Assembly (NCBI GenBank): GCA_973895155.1
Contig: OZ316896.1
Span: forward strand, 16,852,754-16,916,753
Length of the DNA stretch: 64,000 nt
Source: Marsupella aquatica
Taxonomy: Eukaryota > Plantae > Marchantiophyta
Direction: 5' to 3'
Of this stretch, positions 61,144 to 64,000 are shown piece after piece. Both the position numbers and the translations under genes were made by a program. Under the pieces are notes generated by a model, which worked only from the letters and a program-made list of their open reading frames with translations, was not told the DNA's origin and made no database searches. Numbering within the stretch: the first letter of the stretch is position 1; each line of letters begins with the position of its first letter.

Positions 61144-63892
61144 GAGGTGTAGAATATACCTCCATACCATGATAAATTTCATTATTTTCTTTAAATCAAT
61201 ACATATCAAAATTATGACATATAAGGTCTAACATATCCCTCCATACCATAATAAATCTCATTATTTTATTTGAATCAATAAATGCATGCCTTATATGATC
61301 ACATTTTGATGCGTGATTACCGCAGCAGGGGTTTCTAATGGTGATTTTCCACTGCTCCGTTTGTGCTCTCCGTTTATTCTTTCTTCCAATGATCATTGCT
61401 TGAATTCTCAAGTACAGCTAAGCTACTTTGAAGGTCTACTCTAGAGTGAAGCCCATAGATGGTAGCTTGCTTAGGGGGAAGCCCATAGACCATCACTTAG
61501 GGGGCGATAATTGAATTGGGGATGAGGGTGAAAAATGGAAAGGGGGGTAAAGTAGTGCTGGGAATAGTGCATAGGGCCGTCTGTGAAGAGAGTTGCTGGA
61601 GTAGGGGTCCGGGCCGCATGTGGAAGGGAGTTGATGGATTAGGGAGACCACCTGTGAAGAGGTCAGCTGATGTCATTGAAATTCGAGAGCTATGGCGAAA
61701 CGGCCAGTTTTTCTTCAGTTATTTGCTGTCATCTAGGATAGACACTTTTTTATCCTCACTTCTATTCACATTCAAAGTAGGGGTAGTCGGGCTAGTAGTT
61801 CTACAATCTACATCGACCAGATATGGTGAAACTGACGATTGAGTGCAAATTCTCAAGTACAAGGAATAGTTCTACAATCTACACTGCAGGATATGATGAG
61901 ACTGACAACACAGCAGGGTCCAGGGCAAAAGTTTGTCCAGGACCACTTTTACTGAAAGAAAGACTCCATAAAAAGTTATCCCAAAATCTGTTTCAAACAT
62001 TTTAGGAGACTCACTTTGCCCCCACACTCATTTTCCATATATATACACCCCAACTTAAGCTGTGTCCCCAACCTCAAAGTTCACTCTAGGTAGTAACCCT
62101 TCAAAAATTGATCTGCATCATTATTATATAGTTACAGTAGATATACAAGCCTAATCTAACCAAAATTGCAGGCCAAGGTGTTCACTATTCTTCTAGCCCC
62201 ATTCTTTTGACCTATGCAATTCACCATAGAGCTCTACCATGGCCAGAGGTGGTCTTTTGGTAGGTTTTGTCCAGGGCTTTGGTTGTGGTAAGCTTTGCCC
62301 TGGGTCCTTTGGGCTCTTTGGCTCATGCCCCTTGATTGGGTCTTTCACCTTGATTGAGTCTAAGTTCGGCTATGGGATTGTGTCTCCGAGTTAAGAGTCT
62401 TTTGTTCTTTAGCAATTTGATATGTAAAATTAAATGTGTTTCCTTGTGGTTTGGCTTTCTCTCCAAAGTTCCAATGTGCTTCATTAGCTTCGAGTGTGAA
62501 ACAGTTAGCAGACCTGACACTTTCTGTCACTAGCCACAAGATAAACAATAATTAGCCATCGCCTCATATATCTTATATATTTATATATAGCCATTTTGAA
62601 AAGATTCTACTATTTTCCCGCTTCACACGCGAAAGGAATGTCACTTTTTGCCTTTTTACATGTGAAAACATTCTTTTGCTTTATCTATCCAATAAAGGCC
62701 AAGCTTCAACCGTGGGACAAGAATTTACTTGTCGTTTCTATGTCAGAATTTACTTGTCGTTTGAATGCCCATACCTGAATTTAGATGTCAATTTAGCCCA
62801 TACATCAACACAAGAATTACTCGTCAATTTTAGGCCAATTCTATGCCCATACCTCAAGACAAAATTAGGTGTTAATTTAATGCCCATACCCCTAGACATA
62901 GCCACTCATCGATTTTATGTCAATTCTATGCCCATATATATCTTGAGACAAGAATTCACTTATTTTATTTGCCCTGCAAGAGGGAGGAGGCACTAAGGGT
63001 CTCGTCACAGCTTCTGCAGCCCTCATATTTCCCTTGCTGGAGATCAGATAGTAGATGATAGTAGGGAGACCCACATTTTTAGACTGGGATCCAACCCGAA
63101 GGTGGACCTGCCCATCCACTTTAGAAGTCTGGTCGCCTCTTCATAGGTTTACACCTATTGGTGTTCTGTTTAGAGAGGACCTAGTGCAGCACCGGTCAAA
63201 GTGGCTAGTGATTGCTACTAGGCAGAGGGAGAGTGGTCCTTCACTGCAGCTACAACATAGCTATAACAAAATAATTCAGGGTGGCTTTACAAGAAGTTGG
63301 GGGCAGTTTCCACATTTTTTTTGTGTCCAAGATCTGATCAAGGCCATCCATTTGAGAGAAATTGATGTTGTTCACTTTACAAAACCTTGGGGGCACTTTC
63401 AACCGAACCTGTTACCAATCCTATATCGAATGCGGTGGGGCCCAATTTTTGCTTATGTGGAGCACTCTTTTGTCCTAGATTTTAGACCACCTCTCTTGGT
63501 GGTCTCTTCTTCTGGTCGCTTGGTCCATTTCTATTTTAAGTCATTTGTAATAAAAAGGGAGCCACAAGTCCTTCATAAGATATTCTCTTCTCACATTTAT
63601 AAAGACTTTACCCAAAGATTACGTGACATTCAGGTGGAGTGGGTACTTAATCTGTCTTTTAGTCAATTAATCTGGCACCATTGGTTACACTTGGCTTTAC
63701 AAGACCTTGGGGGCAATAAAAGGATTCAAAAATGCTTTTAGCCCGGACACTATATTTAGTGTGTGCAATGGCCCTCGAGTTTGCTTTGGTAAAAAAATTC
63801 CCAAGTGCCCCCGAAGTCTTGTAAAGTACTCCTGAGTTGGAAAAATGAGACCATATGTTTCTAGGAGCTTGTGGCTGCCGAGCTATACACGC

Positions 63893-63993
63893 AGGTAAGC
63901 GTGGCGAACACTGAGTAGAAAGGATGAGACTATCTGTTTATAGGTAAGCGTGGTGAACACTGAGTAGAAAGAATGAGACTATCTGTTTATAGG
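63893..63993. repeat. ~48-bp tandem duplication
   Basis: AGGTAAGCGTGG.GAACACTGAGTAGAAAG.ATGAGACTATCTGTTTAT occurs twice. Confidence 0.85.
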
Positions 63994-64000
63994 AGCTTCT

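Noticed and set aside
63055-63741. 228-aa ORF
   Set aside because: No recognisable motifs. The region has recurring CCCC.A..T.TTGTAAAG words and looks like a decayed repeat.

Overview
Land-plant genomic DNA, bryophyte-like by inference; the species cannot be fixed from sequence alone. The main feature is two copies of one unusual Ty3/Gypsy-type retroelement family. The outer copy is at 5681-25224 (+, 4-bp TSD TATA). A younger copy is nested antisense inside its gag at 8148-17927 (-, 4-bp TSD GCCA). The reconstructed single gag-pol polyprotein (~2460 aa) reads Gag(2xCCHC)-protease-DNMT3-like C5 cytosine methyltransferase-RT-RNaseH-DDE integrase-PHD finger. Neither copy has two conventional LTRs. 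Both have split direct repeats (A1...B1-GC-A2-B2), as in PAT/Ngaro tyrosine-recombinase elements, although they encode a DDE integrase and make TSDs. They also carry a Tf1-like self-complementary primer site and an internal palindromic CA-GC-TG end junction. Together these suggest integration from a circular cDNA. The window also holds a 4.0-kb TG...CA unit with a 5-bp TSD carrying an intact 880-aa ORF, a 129-bp tandem array, a 10-exon SFR2 gene, a 2-exon ARM-repeat/TPR gene, and several small repeats and TE remnants.
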